DNA of 64,000 bases from Candidatus Woesearchaeota archaeon. GTDB lineage: Archaea > Nanobdellota > Nanobdellia > Woesearchaeales > JAZDKJ01. Shown here one piece after another: positions 36,158 through 45,998 of the stretch. Positions within the stretch are counted from its first letter, which is position 1; each line of letters begins with the position of its first letter. The position numbers and the translations under genes were made by a program. Below the pieces are notes generated by a model. The model had not been told where the DNA came from. It saw only the letters and a program-made list of their open reading frames with translations, and ran no database searches. The stretch covers positions 32,001-96,000 of the forward strand of contig JAZDKJ010000006.1 of NCBI GenBank assembly GCA_043803105.1, read 5' to 3'.

Positions 36158-36268
36158 GGTTGAATTGCCCTGCCTCACTCTAGTCAACTGGTTCAAGGAG
36201 TTATACTCCCTATACTTACCATCACCAGTGACTAAGTTGCCGTTAGCGTCGTAAACTAAATTGTTTTG
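36158..36268 (-). pseudogene. Truncated remnant of a second Rhs core cassette
   Basis: Encodes QNNLVYDANGNLVTGDGKYREYNSLNQLTRVRQGNST, matching the mature N-terminus of 36953..38239 (38054-38164). No signal peptide and no Rhs core. Confidence 0.75.
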
Positions 36269-36350
36269 GGCACAGTAGAATATCATGATGTTGTGGATGT
36301 ATTCAAATGCACTTTTCATCTCATGCTGTATTTCTTTCCGATGTTCATTT

Positions 36351-36971
36351 TTAAGAAGCAGTCTTGTTTAGTGGTATATAAACCCACACACAGATTATCA
36401 AAGCGTATAACAGTGCAATAATAAAATGTTCTACAGCAGATACTTTGAAATGACTAAGGTTAAGGTCAAATGTTAAGGGAATAAGGTCAAAAGTGATTGC
36501 CGTGAGACATATTGATGCAATTTTCTTCTTTTCTGACCAGGCACGTTGGGTATAGGCTAGATACTTGTTACTAGAAACTAAAAATAAAATCGAGCTTCCA
36601 GACCAGACCAGACCAATTGCAAAGAGATGAATGTTTGTAAAAATTGAGAATAGTAAACAAATCAAACCTACCAGGAACCCGTACTTAGGCTTGGGTTGTA
36701 TTTGGGTGTTTATCAGTCCTGAGCGACTAATAGAGTAAATATAAACAAATAACCACAAAATGAGGCTGGCGGCAACCAAGGGAGTGAGAGTTACTGGCAC
36801 ACTTTTATTGGTGTCACCTAGTATGGATTTTATAAAGATACTTATACTTGCTATAATCCCTAGTGAACAGAACACATAAAATAAGAAGGATATATGTAAA
36901 TAAATCTTTTTCTTCGCCGAATTTTGTGGATGGCTTTTATTTGTAGAGTTATCTAAGCCTTTGTTTTCCAT
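36351..36971 (-). CDS. Multi-pass membrane protein, candidate immunity protein
   Basis: About six hydrophobic segments, AT-rich, and its start overlaps the Rhs toxin stop by 19 nt. Confidence 0.55.
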   Translation of the reverse strand: MENKGLDNSTNKSHPQNSAKKKIYLHISFLFYVFCSLGIIASISIFIKSILGDTNKSVPVTLTPLVAASLILWLFVYIYSISRSGLINTQIQPKPKYGFLVGLICLLFSIFTNIHLFAIGLVWSGSSILFLVSSNKYLAYTQRAWSEKKKIASICLTAITFDLIPLTFDLNLSHFKVSAVEHFIIALLYALIICVWVYIPLNKTAS

Positions 36972-38239
36972 TTAATATTACCTGTATCAGGGTTTATAAA
37001 CCAGATTATATCATTTTGTTCTACTGTTCCAGTACTGCTATGACTTATGTCCTCCCTTATGTTTTTTGCCCTATTTGGATTGCTTACGCTGTATCGGTAC
37101 TCCGATGATTGCACCATTTGGGTCCTGCCGGAAGCGAGTCCGTAGCTGCTAGGTTGAGTATTCACAGTAGATGTCCCTACCATCTTGTTGCTCTCGTCGA
37201 GAGATTTGGAAATGGTTTTTGAACTACACGTGACATAAACTTGTGATTCGCACACTTGATTGTCAAGAGGCCCGTTTCTTAAATCATAAATCGGTTTGGC
37301 ATCATGCATAATCGGTTTTTCCTTAGGTTTGAACGCCTCATTATTGTTAGTGTTAGCTTCATCGGGAGTTCTTGCTGTTGCATAGACGTAAAAAACGAAG
37401 GTCACGATTATTAGTCCAATAGTTACTATCGCTCCGAATTGTCCCATAAATAATGGCCAAGCAGGAGGTATCTGATGTCCCGTTTTATCAATATTTTTAT
37501 AGGGGTTATTTCTTTCAAACGAGTATCTGTTTAGGCTTTGCGGGTCATACACATTCTGTATTACTGTGTCTGGCTGTGTGAATTTTGCCCATTCGGGGTT
37601 GTATTGTCTGAAGTGGAAGTCAAAGTTTGAGGAGAGTGAGTCGAGTTCTTTACCTTCGTAGGTGTACCGAGTTTTTGTTCCTCCTGCAAGGATTTTGCCG
37701 AAGGGCTCGTAGAACGTCTGCTCAATGATGCTTCCGGTGCCGTTGGTCACGACTGCTACACTGCTTTTTTGGTCATTGTGATAGAACAATGTTTTGCCTT
37801 TCGTGAAATTTTTGTCTTTTGCTAATCGGGTGCCGTTGTATTTAATTTCTCCGATGGTTCCTGCGTCGTCTTTTGTGTAGTACGTATCGTTTATTTTTAG
37901 GTAGCCGCTGTTTAGTGCTCCGTATTCTCTGACAAAGTTTTCGTTCACATAAAGGATTATTTTTCTTGGTTCGTTGGTTCCGTCGTAAATTCTTTTAACG
38001 AGAACTCGTTCTTCTGTTGGGTGGTAGATATAGTCTTCCAGGAGGGTTCCTGCGGTTGAATTGCCTTGCCTGACCTTAACGAGCTGGTTGAAGGCGTTGT
38101 ACTCGCGATACTTGCCATCACCAGTAATTAAATTACCGTTCGCATCATAAACTAAGTTCTGCTGCGAAGCAATCGCAACAGGTATGGAAATAACTGTAAG
38201 GCAAAGAAACAAAGCGATGACACTCTTTTTCTTGTTCAT
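36953..38239 (-). CDS. Rhs repeat-associated core protein with own signal peptide and C-terminal putative toxin tip
   Basis: Signal MNKKKSVIALFLCLTVISIPVAIA, then YEPFG, YEGKELD, RQYNPEWAKFTQPD, LNRYSF and NNPYKNIDKTG. Confidence 0.88.
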   Translation of the reverse strand: MNKKKSVIALFLCLTVISIPVAIASQQNLVYDANGNLITGDGKYREYNAFNQLVKVRQGNSTAGTLLEDYIYHPTEERVLVKRIYDGTNEPRKIILYVNENFVREYGALNSGYLKINDTYYTKDDAGTIGEIKYNGTRLAKDKNFTKGKTLFYHNDQKSSVAVVTNGTGSIIEQTFYEPFGKILAGGTKTRYTYEGKELDSLSSNFDFHFRQYNPEWAKFTQPDTVIQNVYDPQSLNRYSFERNNPYKNIDKTGHQIPPAWPLFMGQFGAIVTIGLIIVTFVFYVYATARTPDEANTNNNEAFKPKEKPIMHDAKPIYDLRNGPLDNQVCESQVYVTCSSKTISKSLDESNKMVGTSTVNTQPSSYGLASGRTQMVQSSEYRYSVSNPNRAKNIREDISHSSTGTVEQNDIIWFINPDTGNIKWKTKA

Positions 38240-38250
38240 TTTGATTTAAT

Positions 38251-41200
38251 TCAGGTTATTGTTATTGTGACTAAATTGGACTTGGCTTTGATGCTGTTAT
38301 TGGATATTTTACTGGCGTTGATAAAAAAGAGGTAATCTCTCTTGGTGCCTGTTGCGTTGACTTTCCAGGTTACGTTCTTGCACTCGTTCTGTTGCAAGTC
38401 GACGAGATAGGGGTTAGCGGTTGTGGTGTAGAATGGTGTTTCCCCTTTGGTGGTGGAAACTTTGCCTTTGAGGATGTATGTTATGTTTAGGTATGGCTTG
38501 CTGCCTGTTGAATCTCTGGAATTGAAGTCCACGTCCCCACCTGTAGTAACTAGCTGGCTATTGGTGTAAAGGTAGAAACTTTCATTCATCTTTTTCTGCC
38601 TCACGATGGATGTAACATTCCAGAAAATGTACTGGCTGCTAGTTCCGTGTGCGATGTTAATCTTGTCTGCGGCAGTGTGATTAAATTGGGTTGCGTTGGG
38701 CCTTTTAGCCCACGTGACGCCGGTTTCTGTCCAATTATACGTGTGGTATATGCGGTACACTGAGATGTTAGCACTCGCACCACTGGGAAGGTTATTGGCA
38801 TAGATGTGCAAGTGAAGTCTTGCATTTTCAACTAATGCTTCTCTCGGGATTTGTGAAAGGTTAAACTTAATCAGGGAGTACATCATGGAGGTTGTCGTAT
38901 TCCTGACCATAAGCCTGATGTCAGTACCGTAATTTGTCCGATTATAAGTCGCCTGGCTCCTTATGTAGGCATCACCCAGATTCTTGCTAGAAGTGTCCCG
39001 AATGGTGACTAGGGTAGAATGCTCGCCCCATTTGAATGCTTGTGTCAGCACAGTCTCTGCTGTATCTGAGAGGTCAATCACAGCAGTTTTCTTTTCTTTG
39101 CTAAAGAAATTGACACTGATATCCTTGTTCACGATGTTTCCCGAAGTGTCTCGCGGTAAAGCTGTTGAATTGAACCTGCTGTAAACCCTTAATGGAATGC
39201 CTCTCAAAAGATTCCAGCTTGAAGCTATGCCAACATTCAAAGTGATAGAGGTAAGATTAAAATCAACGACTTCCACAGGAAAGCCAGGGTCCTGTTCAAT
39301 GCTGTATTTTAGTGTGTCTTTCAGACTGTGGGCGGACTCTATTTTTTTCCATGTGCCATCTTCAAGGACAAATCTGGTACCGGAGTAGATCGCTAGGTTG
39401 CAGGAGCTGCCGTCGCAGTGAGTTTCAGTATTGGTTGTGAAGCCTTCTTCGATTGGGTCCAAGGTCAGGTTGATACCCCAACAATCATTCTGTCGGCAGC
39501 AGGCTTGTCCTGTGACGTTGAAGAATCTGAACTGGCTGACAGTTGTGGACTGGTTAGGTTTGATTAATGTTAGCTGGATGGTTGCTGAAGGTCTGGAGAT
39601 TTTGGTTACAACCGAAGGAGTGTGAGGCAGATTACTGTACGAGAAAGTACTGTTATATTTGTCCGAGATAGTCCTTAGCATGTTCCCAATCCTATCGTAC
39701 TGGTAAATGAGTCGCTCGTGCTCCATGCTATTGAAATCAGATATCTTTGTTGTGGTGAGCCTGCTGAGATTGTCGTACTGCATTGAGTACAGTTTATTGT
39801 TCCTAGAGTCATTTATCTGCAGGATATTACCCAGGGAGTCATAACTGTAATTCAAGGCTTGGACTGTGCTTCTTAATCCAGTCGTTCGGCCAAGATTGTC
39901 GAAAGAATATTTTACAGCAATGCCATTGGCAAAAGTTTTGTTGGATTGGCTCCCGAATGCGTTGTAGTTGACGGAATCTAGGAAGCCTTGGGCCTTGGCC
40001 ACTTTACCGATTAGATTGTAACTGTAGTTAAGGTTGGTCTGAGGTAAGTACATCTTTATGACCCTATCGGATGAATCGTAATCGATTGATGTATTAACCC
40101 ACTGCTTGAAGGTGCTTGTAACCGGCATGTAAACAGATTCCTTTATGACCCTTAACCTCTCGCCATAATAATACTTAAAAGAAATCGGCACGGACGGCGA
40201 AGCGTTCAAAGTAATGTTAGATAAAGTTCCTTTGTACTGCACATCATAGAAAAATTTGACTGTGTTGTTAACTACAGACTTCCTAACGACCCTGTTTAAA
40301 GTATCATAGACCAAGGAGATGGTCTTGTTACGACCGTCAGTCTGGTTAATTAGGTTACCATTCAAATCATAGACGTACCTCCATCTGGCCATGTTAGGGT
40401 CCTTGAAACTAGTTTTTCTGCCCAAACTGTCATATTCGAAAACAAATAAGTTACCTTTCGAATCGGTGATGTTCATTAGCAGATCGTCTGCTCGATACCT
40501 ATAGGTAGTATTGTAAATTTCTCTCCCGCCCGTAAAGTTGGTGTTGTACTCCCGAACCTTGATAATCCTGCCGTAGACATCCAGTAAGTAGTCAATTCTG
40601 TTGTGGTTTTCGTCGAATTGACTCACAGTTGTTTTATTGAACAATATAAGGATGGACTTTGCGTTCTGCTTCATTACTTTGGTAGTCCGATCAAGAGCAT
40701 CGTATGTATACGAAATATTGGGACCTGGTAATGGGGTGGCAAGACTGGTCGAATAAGGGTCAAAATAGGGATTTTGTTCAGCCTTAATTCGGAACTTCGA
40801 GTCATAGAAGTAGTTTTTGACGATTTGTTTGGTAGCGGAATATTTGGTTTTGGTTTGTACTACGTTACCGAAGCCATCGTAGATAAAGTAGTCTTCGGAG
40901 TATGAGGTAGCATTGTTCTTGGTTTGCATCCTGATTATTTCCGGTGCTACTCCGTCAAAATAGTATGTGTAGTTCTTTGATGGGCTGATTATGTTGTCAG
41001 GCGGATATATTTCTGTAATCAACCTGTCGCCAACATCATAGTCGAAGTAGTTTATGATGCCGTCGCGTTGTAAGGTAAGCAGGTAGCCAATCGGCAGGTA
41101 GTAATCGTAGAGAGTTTGGTGTCCGAGAGCGTTAAGGTCTTGAGTTTTAAGGGTGCCGGTAGCGTCGTACTGGTAAAAGGTGGGATTGCCTAACGGGTCA

Positions 41201-44046
41201 GTCTTGGAAAGTATGTTTCCGAAGGAATCGTACGTGAATTGTGTCTCTGGATTTGTGCCAAGGCTATTGTAGTTCATTACTTTAGTCAGATCGCCTTTGC
41301 TTACTCCAACTGTCTTGTTGTCATAATAGTAAAATTCTTGTTTAACAATCGTGAGGTTATTCCGGCCTAGTAGGCTGTAGTTTGAAGGTTTGCTGACCAC
41401 AAAGGACGTCAAATTGTAAACATAACCAAAGACTTCAAATTTCTCGTCACCGGTAAATTGTGCGTTTCCCAGATGCATAATTGATACTGGGTTGCTGTAG
41501 TAATCGTAAGAGAAGGATGTATTGATGGTAACTGGTTGCGGGTTACCGTCAAATATGGATGAAGATGTTCGTCTTAAGAAGATAGTGCGGTCATCCGTAT
41601 AGTCAAAGAAATTTGAGTCTTCTTTTAATTTTATGCTTGAATTGTCGTACATGATTGTCTTGTATTCTCGGCCTTTCAAGACCTTGTCTTGGTGGAATAA
41701 GTGAGTTCTGACTGATTTGTCCGGGAGGCTTTCGTTTACTTGGCCGAAGCCCCGGAATTCTTGGTCTTGGTAACTGTATTTTCCTCCAGAATAATAGTAG
41801 GAATTCGTTGAAATGATGGAAAAGGGCTGTCCTAATGAGTTGTTGAGGGTCAGGTTCCCTACTATCCAAAGATTGAATCCTAAGTCCCAACCGTTGTTTG
41901 CCAGGGTTGACTGTGCGTACCCGATGTTGGTTTTTCCGCCGTAAGCGTTAGTTACTTGTTTGAGCAGGAAGGCACTGTCAGCCTTTTTGATGAACGTAAC
42001 ATTTTCGTAGCCGGTGCCCTGGTAGGCAACAACAATATCTGGGTAACCGTCACCGTTGACGTCAGCGATCCTGCGCCCGATATTGTAGCCTGCGGAGGTG
42101 AATCGTACTGGGCTCAGCCAGCCTGCTTTGGAGACCCATCCGGTGCCGTTATTGAGTTTGGTGTTGGTGTTGAAGCTTGCGTTGTAGGAGATGATTGTGC
42201 AGTTCTCAGTACTGTTCTTTAGTTCCATGCAGGTTAGGTTGATTTCTCTCTTCGTGATGTTGCTGAAGAAATTTTGTAGGATGTCCACGAGCTTGTCGCC
42301 GTTGATGTCCATGAATCTTACTCCTAAGTCTGGTCTGTCTCCTGGGTAGTCTGTGAAGGTTAGGTTTGGCCTGAAACCTGTGTTGTTGAGCCAGCCTGAA
42401 CCGTTGTTCAGCCATGCGCTGCCCGGGGTTCCGCCTTTGATTAGGTCGGGGAGGGCGTCGTTGTTAAGGTCCAATATTCTTAAACTGTTGTCCTTGCTGT
42501 CGTTTGTTGTCAAGAAGTCCGGGAGAAGCCATTCGGAAACGTTTTTCCATCCGGTTCCGTTGTTTAGGTAGGTTCTTTTAACATTTGGAGATCTTGCAAC
42601 AGTTATGTCTGTTCGCCCGTCGCCATTAAGGTCTACAAACTGTACTCCGAGGTCTTTTCCTTCGCTGTTAACAAAATATTCGGGAATTGGCCATTGCGTA
42701 GTGGAATTTGTCCACCCTGTGCCATTATTTAGGAATACTGCTTTTCCGGTGTTGTTTTGGGAGATTATGATATCTATTAGTCCGTCAGAGTTTATGTCTT
42801 CAAACCTTGTCCCTTTGTCCTTGCCCTCACTGTCGACAATATTTATACTGGCCGGAACAACCAGCATTGAGCTGTTTGCCCAGCCGTCAATTTTGTTGTT
42901 TATACTAGTTCTGTGGGGACTGCCTGCTTTGGCTTTTATTAAGTCAGGAAAGCCGTCATTGTTTACGTCTAGGAGTCTGACCCCGAAATCCTGGCCTTGA
43001 GCAGAATTTGAGGAAAAGGCAAAGTCTGCCGGGACAACCCATTTGTTTGTGGTGTTGTCAAAACCCTGTATTGAGTCGTAGTACTGGAGCCGGATGGTGT
43101 GTACCCGGGTGTCGCCAAATCCAAGATAGGTTATGTTTGCAAGAGATGATAGTGAATTCCAATCATTGAGGGTTTTGTAACCTAGGGCGTATTTCCTCAC
43201 CGGAGTTTCGTCGTTGTAGATGACAGTGATTTGTTTTAGTCTTCTGCTTGTGTCAACAACGTTTCCTTGCTCGTAGGCCATTCTGCGGTCAGGTCTGGCT
43301 TGACTTTCGTATGTGAAGGTGATGAGTTTTAGACGGTCAGTGTTGTACGTTATATTATCTAGGTATGCTGTTCCTTTGTCTTCCGGAAAGGGATTTTGTT
43401 TGTAGGCATAAAGTATTGTGTTGTTATGCATGTCTTTAACTAAATCCAGGTTCCATCTGACGCTATAGTTTCTTCCGGAGTTGGAGCCAAGTAAGGAGTC
43501 TGCAGTGTAGCCGAACCTGTATTGCATCCCGTTGACTGTTGTTACCAAAAAGTATGTTTTTCCATTGTGACTTAAGTTTTGTATTCTAAGTTGCCGCGGA
43601 TTGATTTCCTTTTTGAAAGCAGTTCCGTTAAAGCCGAACTTGTATCTATTGTTATTGATGTTTAGGATGAAATAGTCGTCTCGGGTGTTGTCTAGACTGT
43701 AGTTTACGTGTCTTAATATAGAATTTTCCGATACGGACCATCCTGCTCCCAGAATTCCTGGTCTTTCGGTTCCTGATTGGCTGTTGTATGTTAGGGAGAG
43801 TGTTGGCTGCATGCCTGCGGCACCGGGCGGGACTTTGATGTCATAAGTGTATGTGCCGGCACCGAGGTATAGTTCGGTGGTAAAAGTTCCGAAGGTGTCT
43901 AGTTTTGGCGTTGAGCCGACGCTTGGCTTGTGAAGGTAAGGCTTGTATTCATCCGCAGCCAAGGCAAGAGAGGATAACAGAATCAGCAAAATGAGAAGTT
44001 TTGCTATTCGAGAAAATGCCTTCCCCGAAAAATAGAACTGTACCAA
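38251..44046 (-). CDS. Secreted SpvB-like/FG-GAP/YD-repeat shell protein with C-terminal DNRLRE-like domain and no Rhs core
   Basis: Signal peptide, PTLSLTYNS..G.LGAGWS, repeated D.N.DG..D, EFRGFG, many YD..G repeats, then DAYI..NYG..LIKFNLS..W.ETGVTW..KPYLNITY. Confidence 0.88.
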   Translation of the reverse strand: MVQFYFSGKAFSRIAKLLILLILLSSLALAADEYKPYLHKPSVGSTPKLDTFGTFTTELYLGAGTYTYDIKVPPGAAGMQPTLSLTYNSQSGTERPGILGAGWSVSENSILRHVNYSLDNTRDDYFILNINNNRYKFGFNGTAFKKEINPRQLRIQNLSHNGKTYFLVTTVNGMQYRFGYTADSLLGSNSGRNYSVRWNLDLVKDMHNNTILYAYKQNPFPEDKGTAYLDNITYNTDRLKLITFTYESQARPDRRMAYEQGNVVDTSRRLKQITVIYNDETPVRKYALGYKTLNDWNSLSSLANITYLGFGDTRVHTIRLQYYDSIQGFDNTTNKWVVPADFAFSSNSAQGQDFGVRLLDVNNDGFPDLIKAKAGSPHRTSINNKIDGWANSSMLVVPASINIVDSEGKDKGTRFEDINSDGLIDIIISQNNTGKAVFLNNGTGWTNSTTQWPIPEYFVNSEGKDLGVQFVDLNGDGRTDITVARSPNVKRTYLNNGTGWKNVSEWLLPDFLTTNDSKDNSLRILDLNNDALPDLIKGGTPGSAWLNNGSGWLNNTGFRPNLTFTDYPGDRPDLGVRFMDINGDKLVDILQNFFSNITKREINLTCMELKNSTENCTIISYNASFNTNTKLNNGTGWVSKAGWLSPVRFTSAGYNIGRRIADVNGDGYPDIVVAYQGTGYENVTFIKKADSAFLLKQVTNAYGGKTNIGYAQSTLANNGWDLGFNLWIVGNLTLNNSLGQPFSIISTNSYYYSGGKYSYQDQEFRGFGQVNESLPDKSVRTHLFHQDKVLKGREYKTIMYDNSSIKLKEDSNFFDYTDDRTIFLRRTSSSIFDGNPQPVTINTSFSYDYYSNPVSIMHLGNAQFTGDEKFEVFGYVYNLTSFVVSKPSNYSLLGRNNLTIVKQEFYYYDNKTVGVSKGDLTKVMNYNSLGTNPETQFTYDSFGNILSKTDPLGNPTFYQYDATGTLKTQDLNALGHQTLYDYYLPIGYLLTLQRDGIINYFDYDVGDRLITEIYPPDNIISPSKNYTYYFDGVAPEIIRMQTKNNATSYSEDYFIYDGFGNVVQTKTKYSATKQIVKNYFYDSKFRIKAEQNPYFDPYSTSLATPLPGPNISYTYDALDRTTKVMKQNAKSILILFNKTTVSQFDENHNRIDYLLDVYGRIIKVREYNTNFTGGREIYNTTYRYRADDLLMNITDSKGNLFVFEYDSLGRKTSFKDPNMARWRYVYDLNGNLINQTDGRNKTISLVYDTLNRVVRKSVVNNTVKFFYDVQYKGTLSNITLNASPSVPISFKYYYGERLRVIKESVYMPVTSTFKQWVNTSIDYDSSDRVIKMYLPQTNLNYSYNLIGKVAKAQGFLDSVNYNAFGSQSNKTFANGIAVKYSFDNLGRTTGLRSTVQALNYSYDSLGNILQINDSRNNKLYSMQYDNLSRLTTTKISDFNSMEHERLIYQYDRIGNMLRTISDKYNSTFSYSNLPHTPSVVTKISRPSATIQLTLIKPNQSTTVSQFRFFNVTGQACCRQNDCWGINLTLDPIEEGFTTNTETHCDGSSCNLAIYSGTRFVLEDGTWKKIESAHSLKDTLKYSIEQDPGFPVEVVDFNLTSITLNVGIASSWNLLRGIPLRVYSRFNSTALPRDTSGNIVNKDISVNFFSKEKKTAVIDLSDTAETVLTQAFKWGEHSTLVTIRDTSSKNLGDAYIRSQATYNRTNYGTDIRLMVRNTTTSMMYSLIKFNLSQIPREALVENARLHLHIYANNLPSGASANISVYRIYHTYNWTETGVTWAKRPNATQFNHTAADKINIAHGTSSQYIFWNVTSIVRQKKMNESFYLYTNSQLVTTGGDVDFNSRDSTGSKPYLNITYILKGKVSTTKGETPFYTTTANPYLVDLQQNECKNVTWKVNATGTKRDYLFFINASKISNNSIKAKSNLVTITIT

Positions 44047-44242
44047 ACAATCCCCCAGAACTACCTTTGAAAAGGCTACTTTAACTAATTATGTAATCAC
44101 ACAAGAATAATATCTGACAAAGCGCCTTGCATTCTTTTCACAAGTTCTTTCTGCAATCATAAACCACTGTGCAAGAAGTAGACCCATTCCCCGTATAGAC
44201 AAGCGAAAGTTTTATATACCAACATTCTCAGTTGCATACTCT

Positions 44243-44812
44243 ATGGTATCGACTTTTAGAGATATACTAATATTTTTCGATAAGATCGGTGTCTATGATG
44301 TTATCCTTCCCTTTCTGCTTGTTTTTACGATTGTCTTTGCAATACTTGAGAAGACAAAAGTCTTCGGCACAGAAGAGGTTGCGGGCAAGAAGCAGACAAG
44401 GAAAAACATCAACGCGATGGTTGCCTTTGTCATCAGTTTCTTTGTTATTGCCTCAAGCAAGCTTGTCGAGGTCATAACAACTGTGTCTTCCTGGATGGTC
44501 ATACTCCTTTTGCTCTCAGTCTTGTTTCTTATACTCATCGGCTCGTTCATGAAAGAAGGAGAGGGTGTTTTCCTACAGGGTGGCTGGCAGACGCTTTTCA
44601 TGATTATAATGTTTGTTGGTGTCGTTGCCATTTTCCTTGAGGCCATCAAGACTGACAAGGGAGAGCCCTGGCTGGAGTTTGTCATCAGGTTTGTTGTCGA
44701 AAACTTCACAAGCACAGCGGTTGCTTCAATTGTGCTTATACTTGTCATCATTTTGTTTATGTGGTTCATCGTGCATGAGCCAAAGCCTAAGGCTGTTGAG
44801 AAAAAAGAATGA
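44243..44812 (+). CDS. Multi-pass membrane protein, paralogue 1 of a triplet
   Basis: LPFLLVFTIVFAILEKT...NAMVA. TTTATATA box at about 44211. Confidence 0.75.
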   Translation: MVSTFRDILIFFDKIGVYDVILPFLLVFTIVFAILEKTKVFGTEEVAGKKQTRKNINAMVAFVISFFVIASSKLVEVITTVSSWMVILLLLSVLFLILIGSFMKEGEGVFLQGGWQTLFMIIMFVGVVAIFLEAIKTDKGEPWLEFVIRFVVENFTSTAVASIVLILVIILFMWFIVHEPKPKAVEKKE

Positions 44813-44823
44813 GGTGTTAGAAC

Positions 44824-45411
44824 ATGGTTATCAGTGGGAGTTTCCAAGAAGCTTTGCAAAACCTGGAGGACCTCGGATTGTCTGATGTACTTCTTCCTTT
44901 CCTTTTGGTCTTCACGATCATCTTTGCTGTGCTGCAGAAGACCAATATTCTTGGCAAGGACAAGCGCAACTGGAACATAATTGTTGCCCTGGTTATTTCA
45001 CTTTCTGTTGTTATTCCGCACGTCACAGGCACTTATCCTGCTGACGGCGACATTGTAACGATAATGAATCACTCTCTGCCTAATGTCTCGATTGTGATAG
45101 TTGCGATCGTGATGTTCCTGATACTGATTGGCCTTCTCGGTGGCGAAGCCAAGTGGATGGGTGGCTCTCTTTCCGGATGGATTGTGATCCTGTCAGCGAT
45201 ACTCGTGTTTTTCATATTCGGCAGGTCTGCTGGCTGGTTTGAGACATTGCCAAATTGGCTTCAGTGGCTGGACAATTCAGAAACGCAAGCCTTGATTATT
45301 GTCATCCTGGTGTTTGGCATAATCATCTGGTTCATCACAAAAGATGACAAGAAGGAAGGCCCGCGCACGAAGTTCATGAGCGACATTGGTGACTTTTTCA
45401 AGGGAAAATAA
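44824..45411 (+). CDS. Multi-pass membrane protein, paralogue 2 of a triplet
   Basis: LPFLLVFTIIFAVLQKT...NIIVA. SD GAGGTG upstream. Confidence 0.75.
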   Translation: MVISGSFQEALQNLEDLGLSDVLLPFLLVFTIIFAVLQKTNILGKDKRNWNIIVALVISLSVVIPHVTGTYPADGDIVTIMNHSLPNVSIVIVAIVMFLILIGLLGGEAKWMGGSLSGWIVILSAILVFFIFGRSAGWFETLPNWLQWLDNSETQALIIVILVFGIIIWFITKDDKKEGPRTKFMSDIGDFFKGK

Positions 45412-45969
45412 ATGGCTACTCCAATCGACTTTGGCTTTTTGGCAAAGTTTGGGGACATTTTTCCCTTTTTATTTGTCTTGATTGTTGTCTATGCAGCCTT
45501 GGTTAAGATAAAGGTTTTTGGTGACAACAAGACCCTTAATGTGCTCATCGCTCTTGTTCTTGCACTGATAACAATGCTCTCCCGGACCGCAAAGGATTCT
45601 ATAATGCTCATGGCTCCCTGGTTTGTCTTGTTTTTTTTTCTCTTGGTCTTCCTGTCTATTGCCTATATGATGTTTGGCGCAAAGACTGAGGATTTCTACA
45701 GTGTGCTCAAGAATTACTCTTCTGCAATTTACTGGGTGCTTGCGATTGTCATCATGATATGGCTTGGCTCCATCACCTCAGTTCTCTCGCAGCAGGGTGG
45801 GGTTGGCACAACTACAACAACCACCACAGTCAATGCTTCAGGTTCTGTGATGTCTTCTAATCAGCAGAGCGCTTTCTGGGCTACGCTTACTCATCCAAAG
45901 GTCTTGGGTTTGGCTTTGATATTGTTGATTGCGACCTTTACAATTCAAAGGCTTACCTTAAGCCAATAA
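45412..45969 (+). CDS. Multi-pass membrane protein, paralogue 3 of a triplet
   Basis: FPFLFVLIVVYAALVK...NVLIA, with a Thr-rich loop. Confidence 0.72.
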   Translation: MATPIDFGFLAKFGDIFPFLFVLIVVYAALVKIKVFGDNKTLNVLIALVLALITMLSRTAKDSIMLMAPWFVLFFFLLVFLSIAYMMFGAKTEDFYSVLKNYSSAIYWVLAIVIMIWLGSITSVLSQQGGVGTTTTTTTVNASGSVMSSNQQSAFWATLTHPKVLGLALILLIATFTIQRLTLSQ

Positions 45970-45998
45970 TCGAAGACCAAAAATTATTGAAGAATTAA

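Noticed and set aside
36107-36319. 70-aa track ORF as a functional gene
   Set aside because: Only the central ~37 codons are Rhs-derived, and the 3' end runs through the translin promoter. Treated as a remnant.
36158-38164. Diversity-generating retroelement TR/VR pair (Rhs remnant versus Rhs gene)
   Set aside because: Mismatches are mostly synonymous C/T changes rather than adenine-specific, and there is no reverse transcriptase in the window.
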